64,000 bases of DNA, taken from assembly GCA_964016885.1 (NCBI GenBank), contig OZ024740.1, forward strand, positions 57,970,001-58,034,000. The letters are read 5' to 3'. The DNA is from Eledone cirrhosa (taxonomy: Eukaryota). This document shows, in pieces, positions 43,325 through 57,189 of this stretch (its first letter is position 1; each line of letters opens with the position of its first letter). The notes under the pieces were generated by a model. The model was not told where the DNA came from. It made no database searches and saw only the letters and a list, made by a program, of their open reading frames with translations. The translations under genes were made by a program, and so were the position numbers.

Positions 43325-45412
43325 TGTACTCCGCGCCAACTTGTCCAGCCATGCCCGCGATCTTTTCTTCTCAGCCAGCTTGACCGCTCTGAAGAAGAAT
43401 GCGTCCGCCCCATTGTGGTGGGTGACGTCTTCCAACGAGTTGCAGCCAAGATAGCTTGCAAGTCAGTCAGACGACTTGAGCAAGGTGCTAAGCCCCGTCC
43501 TGCTTGGAGTGGGAATCAAGTGCGGTTGTGAGGCTGCACCTCCCTCGTCACCCCATCTCGTAAGCTGGACATGATTAACGCCTTCAACAGCATTAGACGG
43601 GATCACGTCCTAGAGACATGTCTCAGATAAACCCCCTCCATCTACCCTCTTGTTCACCTTTCATACGGAATATCCAGCTCACTTAAGGCTATTGACAGCA
43701 GGATTACTTCTGACATAGGTGTCCAGCAGGGGGACCCACTCGGCTCGCTCCTATTCGTGCTGACAGTCGACGAGGTAGCCAATCGGTCCAGTCACCCCCT
43801 CAACGTCTGGTACCTCAAAGATGCAACCCTGGGCGGCCCGGTTTAGACGGTAGTTAAAGACCTTCGACAAATCATCCCAGCTCTAAAGCTCCTTGGACTT
43901 GAGATCAACCCAACCAAGTCTGAGGTGACAAACATCAGCTATGGAGAGGAACGAATTCCACAACGCCATACTCTGCGCTCCCCCCCCCTCTTCCTGGCTG
44001 GTGCTTGGCTGACCCCCAAGGACGCCGCATACATACTCGGCTTCCTCCATTCTCCCAAAAGCCATAAAAGAATGCTTGGAGACCAAGCACGTAGATTTGT
44101 CCTGATTAGCAGAAAGGCTGTGCCTCATTGACGCTCACCCCCGAGCCCTTCCTCTTGAGGAACTGTTTCACTCTCCCCAAACTCACATTCACGGGGAATT
44201 TGATGCCACCATTCGACGCTGTGCGGAACTCATCTGCAATGTCAGTTTCGACAGCGCAGGCTGGCAACAGGCGACACTCTCAGTGCGGTTCGGTGGCCTT
44301 GGCCTCCAATCAGCTTCGGACCTAGCTTTACCTGCCTACCTCTATCTCCTCCTGTCGCACACTTGTCAGCGAGTTTCTCAGTGAGATGGCTAAACCTAAC
44401 TTGGCCCCTGAGATGGAACAGGCTCTGGCCTACTGGACAAGTGAAGGCCTCTATCTCTCAGTATACCACAGTCCAATGTAACTGGGATGACATCAAATGC
44501 AGGTCCAGGCAGATCGAGTATGGCTTTGACCAACAGTGGCACGTAGCTCAATTTGGTGCTCTCCTCATCAACCGGTACCCTACTTGATGATGAGTACACT
44601 CGCATTGGAGTAGCCTAACGCCTTGGCCTCCACATGTGTGAGCCACATAAATGTCACTGCGGGCGGTTGACAAGTTCGGCCTGCACCCTCTGTCTTGCCG
44701 CCAGAGCGCCGGCTGGTTCCCCTGACACGCCGCTCTCAACGACATTGAGAAGAAGCCTGGATGCAGCTGGCTTTCCATCTCAACTGGAGCCAGAAGGCCT
44801 AGACCACGGAAATGACATGCGCCCCGATGGAATCACCCTGTTCCCATTCGAAGGAGGTAGATCCCTCATCAGGGATGCCTCCTACTTAGTTGCTTCGGCG
44901 ACAAACCCCGGCTTCGCAGCCTGCCTTGCAGAAGAACGTAAAATAAACAAATACCTGGGTTTGTCTCGCCGCTTGCTCTTCGCACCAGTTACCGTCGAGA
45001 TCTCAGGTGTACTTGGACCCTGTACAGTCGAGCTCCTCTGCAAGATCGGAGCATCGGCGGACCGTCTGAGGAGGGAGCCCCACGAGGTTGGGTGGCTGGG
45101 TGGCTGTTGTGGGGGAATGCTTTTGCTGTCTTGTCAGCGGGGCACATCACCTCTGCTCTCTTGCCCTAGGCCCAAGCCCAATCACCCTCCCCCTTCACTC
45201 CTCCCCTCTCTTCTGTGACACCAAAGCTCTTGCCATCCCCTCCCCTTCCTGTTCTTTTTCTTTTTTCTTTCTCTTTTTTTTTCTATATTTCCCTATTTCT
45301 TTTGTTTCCCCCTTTTTTTCTTATTTTTTCTTAATTTTTAATTATTTTCTCTTATTTTTTCTTAGATGTTTATTTTTAAAATAAAATTTAGTATGTAAGT
45401 TAAAAAAAAAAA
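43325..45412 (+). mobile_element. Degenerate CRE-like non-LTR retrotransposon (RT + CCHC + restriction-like endonuclease)
   Basis: RPIVVGDVFQRVAAK, KLDMINAFNSIRRD, GVQQGDPLGSLLF, LNVWYLKDATLGG, CHCG...H, RPDGITLFPFEGGRSLIRD; many frameshifts; T-rich 3' UTR and an A tract. Confidence 0.88.
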
Positions 45413-45607
45413 ATTTAGCACATATATTTAGATTTTTAAATATATATATTTTCTGATGTCAATGATAATATAAACAAAATTATACACTTTTTCTATTGAA
45501 TAAATATCATAAATTATTTTAACAGTGTTTGTCTAATTTTACTTTTCTTTGAGAGAAATGTGAGATAAGTAACTTTATGTGAATATATATATATATATAT
45601 GTCTATA

Positions 45608-45771
45608 CAGGTAAAATTCTGTTATAACGAATACCATTATAAAAAATGTTTCAGTATAACAAAACTTTTTCAATCCCCAAGGTAATAACAAACACTCAAT
45701 TTGCTTCGGTCGATCTTGTTATAAAGAATTTTTCATTACAACAAATCTTTTTTATACCCGGAATTTCACTG
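45608..45771. mobile_element. pogo/Tc1-like MITE
   Basis: TA|CAGGTAAAATTCTG...CGGAATTTCACTG|TA with internal TTATAAC-like repeats. Confidence 0.6.
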
Positions 45772-47082
45772 TATATGTATTTGTGATTTCAGTCTGATCT
45801 TGTTTCCTCTAGGAAATGTAAGGGTGTATTTGAGAAGTACAGTGAGGTATATTCTGATTTATGAATGTTCAATGTATGTAAGAAGTTTCATCATCATCAT
45901 TTTTATGTTTGCTCTCCACACTAGCATGGGTTGGACAAGTTGTCTCAGTCTCAGATCAGACAGGTCAGAGCAACCAATCTTGCTCATTATATTCAATATT
46001 TGGCACAGTTTTTATGGCTGGATGCCCTTCATAATGCTCACTCCTTTACAGGGTGCACTGGGTGCATTTTTTGCGACACAGAGTAGGCTAAGTGGATTTT
46101 ATCATAGTACCAACAGTTACACTTTGCAGGGTGTGCTGGATGCATTTTATCATGATTCAGCACTTGTGAGGTTGTCAAATGCTAAGCCATAGTGATGAGT
46201 CCTCTCAAACCTACATTGTTTCCATTTGATTGCCAAACTGGCCCCCAGTTCTTCACCATGTTTGTTTTTAGTGCCACAGTGCTTGTACTTGTAGACTACT
46301 TATTATTTTTGTCTGTGTTTACTTATATACTGAATGTAAACTTTAGTCTGGTCATGTTATGTTTCTGTATTTTTCATCCACTTATTCCTTAGAGGTTTTT
46401 TGGGGCAGAGTCATCACATACTCCTTCCAGCAATCCTGTCAGAAGAAACCATCCAATTGATCCGGCTGAATTTCGAAACGAGACCAGCCAAGCTCATGGA
46501 TGTTATCCAACCATCTTGCTCAGGGTCTACCCCCAGTTGGTTTTGCTCATAAAATCTCTCCAACAATTCTTTCCTAAGATATTCTAGCTACATGCCTGTA
46601 ATATCAGAGCTGTGATCTCTCAATTTGTAGAAATAACAGCACTACCTGGAGTGATTCTGATCGCTGAGCTATGCACTTTATTGAGTAACATTACTATAAA
46701 GACTCTTATTTTCCTCACTTTGTAAAATGACATTGTTGATTTCACTTTTTCTTTCTTCTACTCTTTGTTGGAATTTGTTTGTCCTACTTGTTTCTTTTTG
46801 TCCAAATGTTTTGGAACCATCTGAAATATTTTAGAAATAATTTTTTACTACATCCTTCACATAATATCGTTTGCCTTTGATGAAAACTTTCTGGGTGAAA
46901 ATAATTTTTGTTAAATCTGTTATAAATATTTAAGTATCTTCTACAATTAATTCACCTCAAGAACGTAGAGAAATTTAACTGAAATTAAAAAAGGAAAGAA
47001 TTTTTTTAATTTGTTGCACTTTTATATTTGATACCTTACAAAGATGATAAATATTAAATGACATCAACATGTATATTTTTAG

Positions 47083-47196
47083 GGGTGATGTTTTGAGAAA
47101 AATAGAAAGTGTTATATTGAAAATTTTGAAGTCAATTGAAAAAGGAATTATGCCTTCACTTGAATACACTAATCATTGTTCATGGGATAATATCAA
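47083..47196 (+). CDS. SPO11: SPO11 (meiotic double-strand-break transesterase) exon 2
   Basis: tttttag|114 nt|gtaagc, phase 2/2. Encodes (R)GDVLRKIESVILKILKSIEKGIMPSLEYTNHCSWDNI(K/N), aligning without gaps to human SSEVLASIENIIQDIITSLARNEAPAFTIDNRSSWENIK (recalled, not searched). Confidence 0.88.
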
Positions 47197-47469
47197 GTAA
47201 GCATTTTCATTGTGTATTTTCTAATAAGAACCTTATTGTTTGCATTTCTTTGCAATATTGTTTGTTAAAAAATATATATATTAAATCTTGAGATGTTGTT
47301 AAATTGATGGCCAAATGTTAAGTTTTTATAATACTTTTTGACATTGATAATTTATGACTGTAAACAAATTTCTTTTGGTCCCTCACGCCAACCACTCGTA
47401 TACAATTACTTATGTTTATATACAATCATACATATAGTTAGTTATACATATATATATCTTCTCCTAAAA

Positions 47470-47860
47470 CATTCCCCCCCCATCTACCCCCCTCTCACTC
47501 CCCCTTCCCCACACCTCCTCCCTTTCCTCCCCCACTCCCCCTTTTCCTCCCCCACTCCCCCTTTTCCTCCCCCACTTCCCTTTTTCCTCTCCCGCTCCCC
47601 CTTTTCCTCTCCCACCCTTCCTTTTCCTCACCCGCCCCCTCTTTTTCCTCACCCCCGCCCCCCGTCTCCCCCCCTCCTCCTTCTTTTCTTTTCTTTTCTT
47701 CTTTTCTTCTTTTCTTTTCTTCTCTTTCTCCTTTTCCTTTTCTTTTTCTTCTTTTCTTTTTCTTTTCATTTTCTTCTTTTTCTTTTCATTTTCTTCTTTT
47801 CTTTTCCTTTTTTCCTTTTCCTTCTTCTCTTTCTTTTTCTTCTCCTCCTCTTCCTGCCCA
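47470..47860. repeat. C-rich then CT-rich polypyrimidine low-complexity tract
   Basis: Directly visible; includes repeated CCCCACTCCCCCTTTTCCT units. Confidence 0.9.
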
Positions 47861-48058
47861 CTTATTCCTGAATGGGTTGTGGGGGCTGAGTCACCAAACA
47901 CTCCTTCCAGCAGCTCATGTGAGAAGCAACCATCTCCAACTGATCTGGCTGGAACCCCAAGCGAGACCAGCTGGGTTCATGGATGTTATCCAACCATCTT
48001 GTTTGGGGTCTTACCTGGGTCTCCTGCTGGTTGGTTTTGTTCATAAAATCTCTCCAGC

Positions 48059-48093
<35 letters not shown>

Positions 48094-48580
48094 CCCTGAG
48101 ACATTCTAACGATATGCCCATCGTATTGGAGTTGTGATCTCTCAATTTAGAGAAGTAGTTGCTCTACTTGGAGTGACTCTCTGAGTAATATTACTCCAAA
48201 GACCCTTCAGAGGAACTCCATTTTGGCTGCTTGTATTCACGATCATATTTTTTTTGGTCATTACCCAAGATTCCTGTTAGGGTTGACACGAATACTGAAT
48301 TGAAGATAGCAAGTTTGGCTTTTACATCTGCCTCCTTTCTTTTGATTACTGAATGCTGAAGCTGGCACAAGACAAACAATTCTTGCATTTAATTCAGCCT
48401 CCTGCCTTCCATCACTCGTGAACATGGCTCTGATATACTTGAATTTCTCCACCTGATTCAGTGGAACGCCATTCACATGTAGAGTGCACTGCATAGACTT
48501 TCTTGAGGATGAGTGTCTCAGTTTTTGCAGCACTGATTTTCATTCCAGCCATGCAGCACTCGACATCAAACCTATTAGGT
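47860..48580 (-). mobile_element. Degenerate RTE-like LINE 3' fragment (related piece ~46390-46710)
   Basis: LHVNGVPLNQVEKFKYI..MFTSDGRQEAELNARI; KAKLAIFNSVFVSTLT; RPQTRWLDNIH. Confidence 0.8.
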
Positions 48581-48726
48581 GAGAGTCAAATTTAATGACA
48601 GGTCAGTGTTACTTTAGAATTGTCTTCACTTAAAGATGAAAAGTCCATGCATGCATTAATTGTGGATGGTTAGATTTTAAAAAATTTAATACCTGTATGT
48701 ATAACTTTTCACAAATTATATATAGT

Positions 48727-49192
48727 AGACGCCAAGCACCCAACCTAAAGAAACTGCTTACTAAGGCAAAATTTACGTCTAATAATGAAGCAATGCAAGT
48801 TTAGAAATGCGGGGACCCTCGATGCGGAACTTGCGAACTCATTGAAGAGGGTGGACACATCTCCTTTAAAAACAACCAGTCTTTCACAGTTAATGCAAAC
48901 ATGAATTGCAAAACAAAAAACTTGATTTACTGTGCAACCTGCCCACAATGTAAAGAATACTACATTGGTGAAACTGGAACGGGTCTATATGACAGAGTTT
49001 GAGTACATAAACAACAAATTAGAGACCCCACTGTCAGAAACACCACATGCAGTGAACACTTCGCAACATGTGGAAGGAAATTTCACAATTTTCCCCTTCT
49101 TTAAGATATGGTCGGACAAAGAACACTTCCGAAAATATAAAGAAGAATTCTTTATTAGAAAATACAAACCACTACTGAACACAAAAAAGTGA
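48727..49192 (+). pseudogene. Neptune-type PLE GIY-YIG endonuclease remnant
   Basis: CGDPRCGTC...MNCKTKNLIYCATCPQCKEYYIGETG...R.*.HKQQIR...EHF, then a frameshift to EEFFIRKYKPLLN; two in-frame stops. Confidence 0.85.
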
Positions 49193-49581
49193 TATTTCAT
49201 CTTCAAGCAACGGGATTCTCCCCCTCTCTTTTCTTTAAAAAAATCTCATATTGAAAAAGAAAAATAGTTGATGACACCCGTACTTTCAAACATTCGATCG
49301 CTGAAGAGAAGAAAAACCGTCAGAGGTACAATAACATTTCATTAATTTCCCCTTCCCCACACCAATGTATATGTGAACTTAAACACTTGAGTAGATGTGT
49401 GTACATATATGTATGTATAGATGTGTACATATATGTATGTATAGATGTATAGATGTTAATATATGTGTCTGTAGGTATACAGATATGTGTATGTGTGCAT
49501 ATGTGTGTGTGTATATTTATGTGTGTATGTATGCACGTGCATATGTGTGAGATAGATATGTGTATATATTTATATATATAT

Positions 49582-51030
49582 AAAGAGGATGCTCTGGAGA
49601 GGAGCAATTATAGGGGTATAAAACTGATAGATCAGGTTATGAAAGTGGCAGAAAGGATTTTAGCACAACTAATTAGAGAAAGGGTCAAACTAGATGAGAT
49701 GCAGTTTGGTTTTGTGCCTGGGAAGAGTACAACAGATGCTCTCTTGGTGAGACAATTGCAAGAGAGGTTCTTAGAGAAGAATAAGCCACTATACTTAGCC
49801 TTTGTTGACCTAGAGAAGGCCTTTTATAGGGTACCCCGATCTGTCATCTGGTGGTCCCTAAGGAAGCTAGGTGTTGAGGAATGGCTTGTGAGGACAGTGC
49901 AAACTTTGTACAGAGGTACTCTCAGTAAAGTCAGGGTAGGAATGGAGTTTAGTGAGGAATTCCAGATACAAGTAGGAGTACATCAGGGTTCGGTCCTCAG
50001 CCCGCTCTTGTTCATTATAGTCCTCCAAGCCATAACAGAGGAGTTTAAGACTGGCTGTCCATGGGAACTTCTCTATGCTGACGATCTGGTTCTTATAGCA
50101 GAATCAGTGGAGGAGCTAGAGAATAAATTCTGGCTATGGAAACAGCAGTTGGAAGCAAGAGGACTGAGAGTGAATCTAGCTAAGACAAAAGTGTTGATGA
50201 GTAGAAAAGAGGACAAAACCCTGATTCCGTCAGGGAAATGGCCATGTTCGATATGCAGAAAAGGAACTGGCATAAATTCTATAAAATGCACACAATGCAG
50301 ATCCTGGGTACACAAGAGATGTAGCGGGATAGCAGGCAAACTAACAGGTAGCGAGAAATATGTATGCAGTAGATGTACAGGGAAATTAGACAGTAGAAGT
50401 CGCATTGATAGACACATTTTTCAAATGCAGAAGGGCGCTATAGAAGTGGTGGATAGCTTCCGGTACCAAGGAGATCAGATTAGCATGGGAGGAGGGTGTT
50501 CCGAGGTCATAGTATCTAGAATAAGGACGGGTTGTAAGAAGTTTAGGGAGCTACTTCCTCTGTTGACGAAGAAGGGTTTCTCCCTGCGTACGAAAGGCCG
50601 GTTGTATGATGCCTGTGTGAGGAGCGCGATGCTGCATGGTAGTGAGACATGGGCAGCAACTGCAGAGGATATGCGACGGCTGGAGAGAAATGAGGCTTGG
50701 ATGTGCAGTGTAAATGTGCGTGAACGACCCAGCATAAATGTGTTGAGAGAGAAACTGTGTCTGAGAGGGATAGAATGTAGTGTACGGGAGAGGAGACTGA
50801 GGTGGTATGGACATGTGATGTGCATGGAGGATGACCGATGGGTGAAGAAGTGCCAGGAAATGCCAGTTGAAGGAAGACGTGGTAGAGGTAGACCACGAAA
50901 AACATGGCCGGAGGTGGTGAGAACAGACCTCAGATCATTGAAGCTCACAGTGGAGAGATGCTGTGCTGAATGAGACCTGTCCCACCCTTGCAAGCAGGGA
51001 AAAGTGGACGTAAAATGATGATGAAGATGA
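49582..51030 (+). mobile_element. 5'-truncated RTE LINE with a PHD-like finger inside the RT region
   Basis: NYRGIKL, QFGF.PGKST, AFVDLEKAF, GVHQGSVLSPLLF, LLYADDLV, CSIC...CTQC..WVHKRC...CSRC, RLRWYGHV, GRPRKTW; (ATG)n tail. The ORF N-terminus is microsatellite read-through. Confidence 0.93.
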
Positions 51031-51424
51031 AGACGACGACGTATCTGGCGGGTTTTCTACAGCTGCATGCCCTTCCTAACACCAACCACGTTTACAGTGT
51101 GGACTGGGAGGTTTTTACCGTGTTACCTATACGGCCACATTACAGCGTGGACTGTGTGTTTTTTTTGTCGTGACACCTACACGACCTCATTTATTTAGGA
51201 CTGGATGTTGTGGTACTAACATAGCTTTACATCGAAAGGGGTGGTGTAGATGGCGGTGGGGGTAGGGTTGGGACGGGGGTGTATTTTGGTTAAGAGGTGC
51301 CTACTGACTGTAGGTTTCGCTTTGTACTTAGGCAAGGCAGGTCTTCTGTATTACTACGTAGCGCGAAAGATCTCGGTCCAGTGACATTGTCTTGGAGAGG
51401 TGTAAGTATGTGAGGTCAGATTTT

Positions 51425-51433
51425 ATCATATAT

Positions 51434-51485
<52 letters not shown>

Positions 51486-51889
51486 GGAGGTATAAAATGT
51501 GTATATATCGAATATACATATGTATATGTATGTATATATGTGTGTATGTATGTATAAAATATGTGTGTATGGAAGATATATATGTATGTGTGTGTATATA
51601 TATATATGTGTGTATATATGTGGGAGATATATATATATATGTATGTAGGATATGTATAGTGTATATATAGGATGTATATAACATGTTTGTATGGTATATG
51701 TGTAAACAATATATATATGGAGTGTGTATAGGATATATATATATGTGTATGTAGAAAAAATATATATGTGTGTATATGTGGTGTGTATATATATGTATGT
51801 GTTTGAAATATAAATATATGTATGTATAGGATATATATGTGTGTATATGTATATGTATGTAGAAAATATATATTTGTGTGTATGTGAGA

Positions 51890-51929
<40 letters not shown>

Positions 51930-52011
51930 TATATGCGTATGTACAAGATATGTATAATATATATATATGTTTAGTGTGTATGTGTGTATAAGATATATAT
52001 ATACATATATT

Positions 52012-52047
<36 letters not shown>

Positions 52048-52103
52048 AAATATGTGTTTGTATAATATGTATATATTTTTGGTGTATGTGTATATATATA
52101 TAT

Positions 52104-52143
<40 letters not shown>

Positions 52144-52195
52144 TGTGTGTGTGTATATGTAGTGTATATATATATGTGTGTGTCTATATGTAGTG

Positions 52196-52227
<32 letters not shown>

Positions 52228-52230
52228 ATA
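51425..52230. repeat. TA/TG low-complexity array
   Basis: Directly visible. Confidence 0.95.
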
Positions 52231-52538
52231 TCATCATTCATCATTTCATTTTACGTCCGCTTTTTCCCTGCTTGCAAGGGTGGGGCGGGAACTGATGCTG
52301 GCTTGATTTCTACGGCTGGATGCCCTTCCTAACACCCTCATTTTACAGTGAGTGCTGGGTGCTTTTTTGCCGTGGCACCTCCACGACCACTTTGCAGTGG
52401 AATGATATGGACCCCAGTCCCTATCATCTCATTTCTACAGCTGAGTAAACTGGAGCAATGTGAAATAAAGTGTCTTGCTCAAGGAAACAACACATCACCC
52501 GGTCTGAGAATTGAACTCACAACCTTTTGATTGCAAGG
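52231..52538 (-). mobile_element. tRNA-derived SINE family 2, 5'-truncated
   Basis: Near-identical to 56829-57128; its 3' tail is shared with the RTE LINE. Confidence 0.88.
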
Positions 52539-53345
52539 GAACTGGCATAAATTCTATAAAATGCACACAATGCAGATCCTGGGTACACAAGAGATGTAGC
52601 GGGATAGCAGGCAAACTAACAGGTAGGGAGAAATATGTATGCAGTAGATGTACAGGGAAATTAGACAGTAGAAGTCGCACTGATAGACACATTTTTCAAA
52701 TGCGAGAGGGCGCTATAGAAGTGGTGGATAGCTTCCGGTACCTAGGAGATCAGATTAGCATGGGAGGAGGGTGTTCCGAGGCCATAGTATCTAGAATAAG
52801 GACGGGTTGGAAGAAGTTTAGGGAGCTGCTTCCTCTGTTGACGAAGAAGGGTTTCTCCCTGCGTACGAAAGGCCGGTTATATGATGCCTGTGTGAGGAGC
52901 GCGATGCTGCATGGTAGTGAGACATGGGCAGCAACCGCAGAGGATATGCGACGGCTGGAGAGAAATGAGGCAAGCATGCTCCGTTGGATGTGCAGTGTAA
53001 ATGTACGTGAACGACCCAGCATAAATGTGTTGAGAGAGAAACTGTGTCTGAGAGGGATAGAATGTAGTGTACGGGAGAGGAGACTGAGGTGGTATGGACA
53101 TGTGATGCGCATGGAGGATGACCGATGGGTGAAGAAGTGCCAGGAAATGCCAGTTCAAGGAAGACGTGGTAGAGGTAGACCACGAAAAACATGGGTGGAG
53201 GTGGTGAGAACAGACCTCAGATCATTGAAGCTCACAGTGGAGATGACGAGGGACCGTGACGAGTGGAGAGATGCTGTGCTGAATAAGACCCGTCCCACCC
53301 TTGCAAGCAGGGAAAAGCGGACGTAAAATGATGATGATGATGATA
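52538..53345 (+). mobile_element. Second 5'-truncated RTE copy, near-identical to 50262-51020
   Basis: Open frame from GTGINSIKC to ...REKRT*, followed by an (ATG)n tail. Confidence 0.92.
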
Positions 53346-53562
53346 TATATATAACTAGAAATTGATTAACATATATATAAACATGAATAATCACAGGAGA
53401 TAATTTTTACAAGTGTGTAACCACACATAGCTTGGTAGGTAAGTAAATAAAGTTGACTAGAACTTCAAAAATAGATACCTTATAATATGATTAATCTTCC
53501 CTGTATATATTCCATTAAAGAAATATATTTCACCAATTAATCATATGATAAACCACGGAAGT

Positions 53563-53632
53563 GGATATTTTAGATTTTCAACAAGGAAGAAAATTTCCAG
53601 CAATCCGTGTTTACACTACAAGTTCAAATTTT

Positions 53633-53666
<34 letters not shown>

Positions 53667-53778
53667 TATATATCATATATCATATATATATATATATATA
53701 TATATCCAAAATTTGAACTTGTAGTGTAAACAAGGATTGCTGGAAATTTTCTTCCTTGTTGAAAATCTAAAATATCCA
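53563..53778. repeat. ~75-bp inverted repeat around a (TA)n loop
   Basis: GGATATTTTAGATTTTCAACAAGG...AAATTTTGGA versus TCCAAAATTT...CCTTGTTGAAAATCTAAAATATCC. Confidence 0.9.
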
Positions 53779-53823
53779 TATATGATATATATATATGATA
53801 TATATATATGATATATATATATA

Positions 53824-53900
<77 letters not shown>

Positions 53901-54565
53901 ATTTATATATATATATATATTATATATATATATATATTATATATATATATATTATATATATATTATATATATATTTAGCTCTAGACCTAGCTATTGACCA
54001 GTTAATTTTATTGTTCATTTTTTGTCGATTCTATTAAATGATGAATAGCTCCTGTTTATTTTAACATGTCTATTGAGCACTCTTATTCGATATGTGTTAT
54101 TCCACATTTTCCCGAATATTTTTTGCGGATATGAAGGTTATCTCCCTGTGCGTATTTTCAGCCTGGGTTTTGTCTTTTCATCCGTTCGGACTAAAGCTCA
54201 TTGAAGAAGTAACTCCAGTCCCCCGTCGTCTGTAAGTCTTATATTTTTATGTGAGCTGATAGAGGACGGTTTAAGGATTTACAGAAACCCAAGAAGCTAG
54301 TTATACCATCTCTCTAGTGGGTCCGGGTATGCTTTTTACATTCATTTGATTTATTGATTTATTGATAATTTATCTGAGTGTCCCGAATCTTCCATATCGC
54401 AATTTTTCGGTTGTTTGGTTGATTGTAGACATATTCTACGTGTGACGATATTTTAACGATAGTTATAGCTCTGATTTATTTGAATTATGGAGCCCTCTGC
54501 CGCTCATCTCAAATTTTGTTTATCGTGAACTCGTGCGCCGATTTTTCGATACTCGATTATTCTAC

Positions 54566-55998
<1,433 letters not shown>

Positions 55999-56330
55999 GG
56001 AGGCATCTGGCTTAGTGGTTAGAGCATTGGCTTTGCAATCGAAAGGTTGTGAGTTCAATTCTCAGACCGGGTGATGTGTTGTTTCCTTGATCAAGACACT
56101 TTATTTCACATTGCTCCAGTTTACTCAGCTGTAGAAATGAGATGATAGGGACTGGGGTCTCTATCATTCCACTGTAAAGTGGTCGTGGAGGTGCCATGGC
56201 AAAAAAGCACCCAGCACTCACTGTAAATGAGGTTGGTGTTAGGAAGGGCATCCAGCTGTAGAAATCAAGCCAGAATCAGTTCCCGTCCCACCCTTGCAAG
56301 CAGGGAAAAGTGGACATAAAATGAAATGAT
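55999..56330 (+). mobile_element. tRNA-derived SINE family 2 (V-domain-like body, RTE-type tail), full length
   Basis: A box TGGCTTAGTGG, B box GAGTTCAATTC, TCCTTGA.CAAGACACTT core, tail CCCACCCTTGCAAGCAGGGAAAAGTGGAC.TAAAATGA. Confidence 0.88.
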
Positions 56331-56585
56331 ATAAAATGATATAAATATATATGATGATATATATAGTAATAATAATAAATTTGAAGACTAAAATCCAAAG
56401 AGGGCTCGTTAAGGGTGAAAGCAGCAATTCTTTGCTTAAACTTTAATCTGTTATTTTAATAAATATCATCATCATCATCATCATCAGGTTTAGCGTCCGT
56501 GTTCAACGCTTGCATGGGTTTGGACGGGGGTTTTCCCACTTGAGGCAAGAGTGGTTGTCTTGCTCGCATAGGACTGTCTGGCGGG

Positions 56586-56644
<59 letters not shown>

Positions 56645-56828
56645 GGTATGTGTATATATGTGTATGTGTATATATGTGTATAAAATATATATAAAGTGTG
56701 TGTGTATATGTGTGTATATGTGTGTGTGTGTGTGTATATATATGTGTATGTATGTGTACGTATATGTATATATATATGTATATATGTGTGTGTATATATA
56801 TATATGGGTGTTTATGTGCGTATATATA

Positions 56829-57159
56829 TCATTTCATCATTTCATTTTACGTCCACTTTTCAAGGGTGGGACGGGAACTGATTCTGGCTTGATTTCTACA
56901 GCTGGATGCCCTTCCTAACACCAACCTCATTTACTATTTAGTGCTGGGTGCTTTTTTGCCGTGGCACCTGCACGACCACTTTACAGTGGAATGATAGGGA
57001 CCCCAGTCCCTATCATCTCATTTCTACAGCTGAGTAAACTGGAGCAATGTGAAATAAAGTGTCTTGCTCAAGGAAACAACACATCACCCGGTCTGAGAAT
57101 TGAACTCACAACCTTTCGATTGCAAGGCCAATGCTCTAACCACTAAGCCATGTGCCTCC
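56829..57159 (-). mobile_element. tRNA-derived SINE family 2, full length, inverted relative to 55999-56330
   Basis: Near-identical reverse complement. Confidence 0.88.
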
Positions 57160-57189
57160 ATAATATATATATATATATATCATCACTCA

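Noticed and set aside
47338-47901. Pro/Phe-rich and Lys/Glu/Gly-rich ORFs
   Set aside because: They are translations of a polypyrimidine low-complexity tract.
49270-49330. Hammerhead after the Neptune-type endonuclease remnant
   Set aside because: CTGAAGA...GAAA is present but no stem II can form.
55999-56075. tRNA gene
   Set aside because: The A and B boxes continue into a multicopy SINE body, and there is no proper acceptor stem or terminator.
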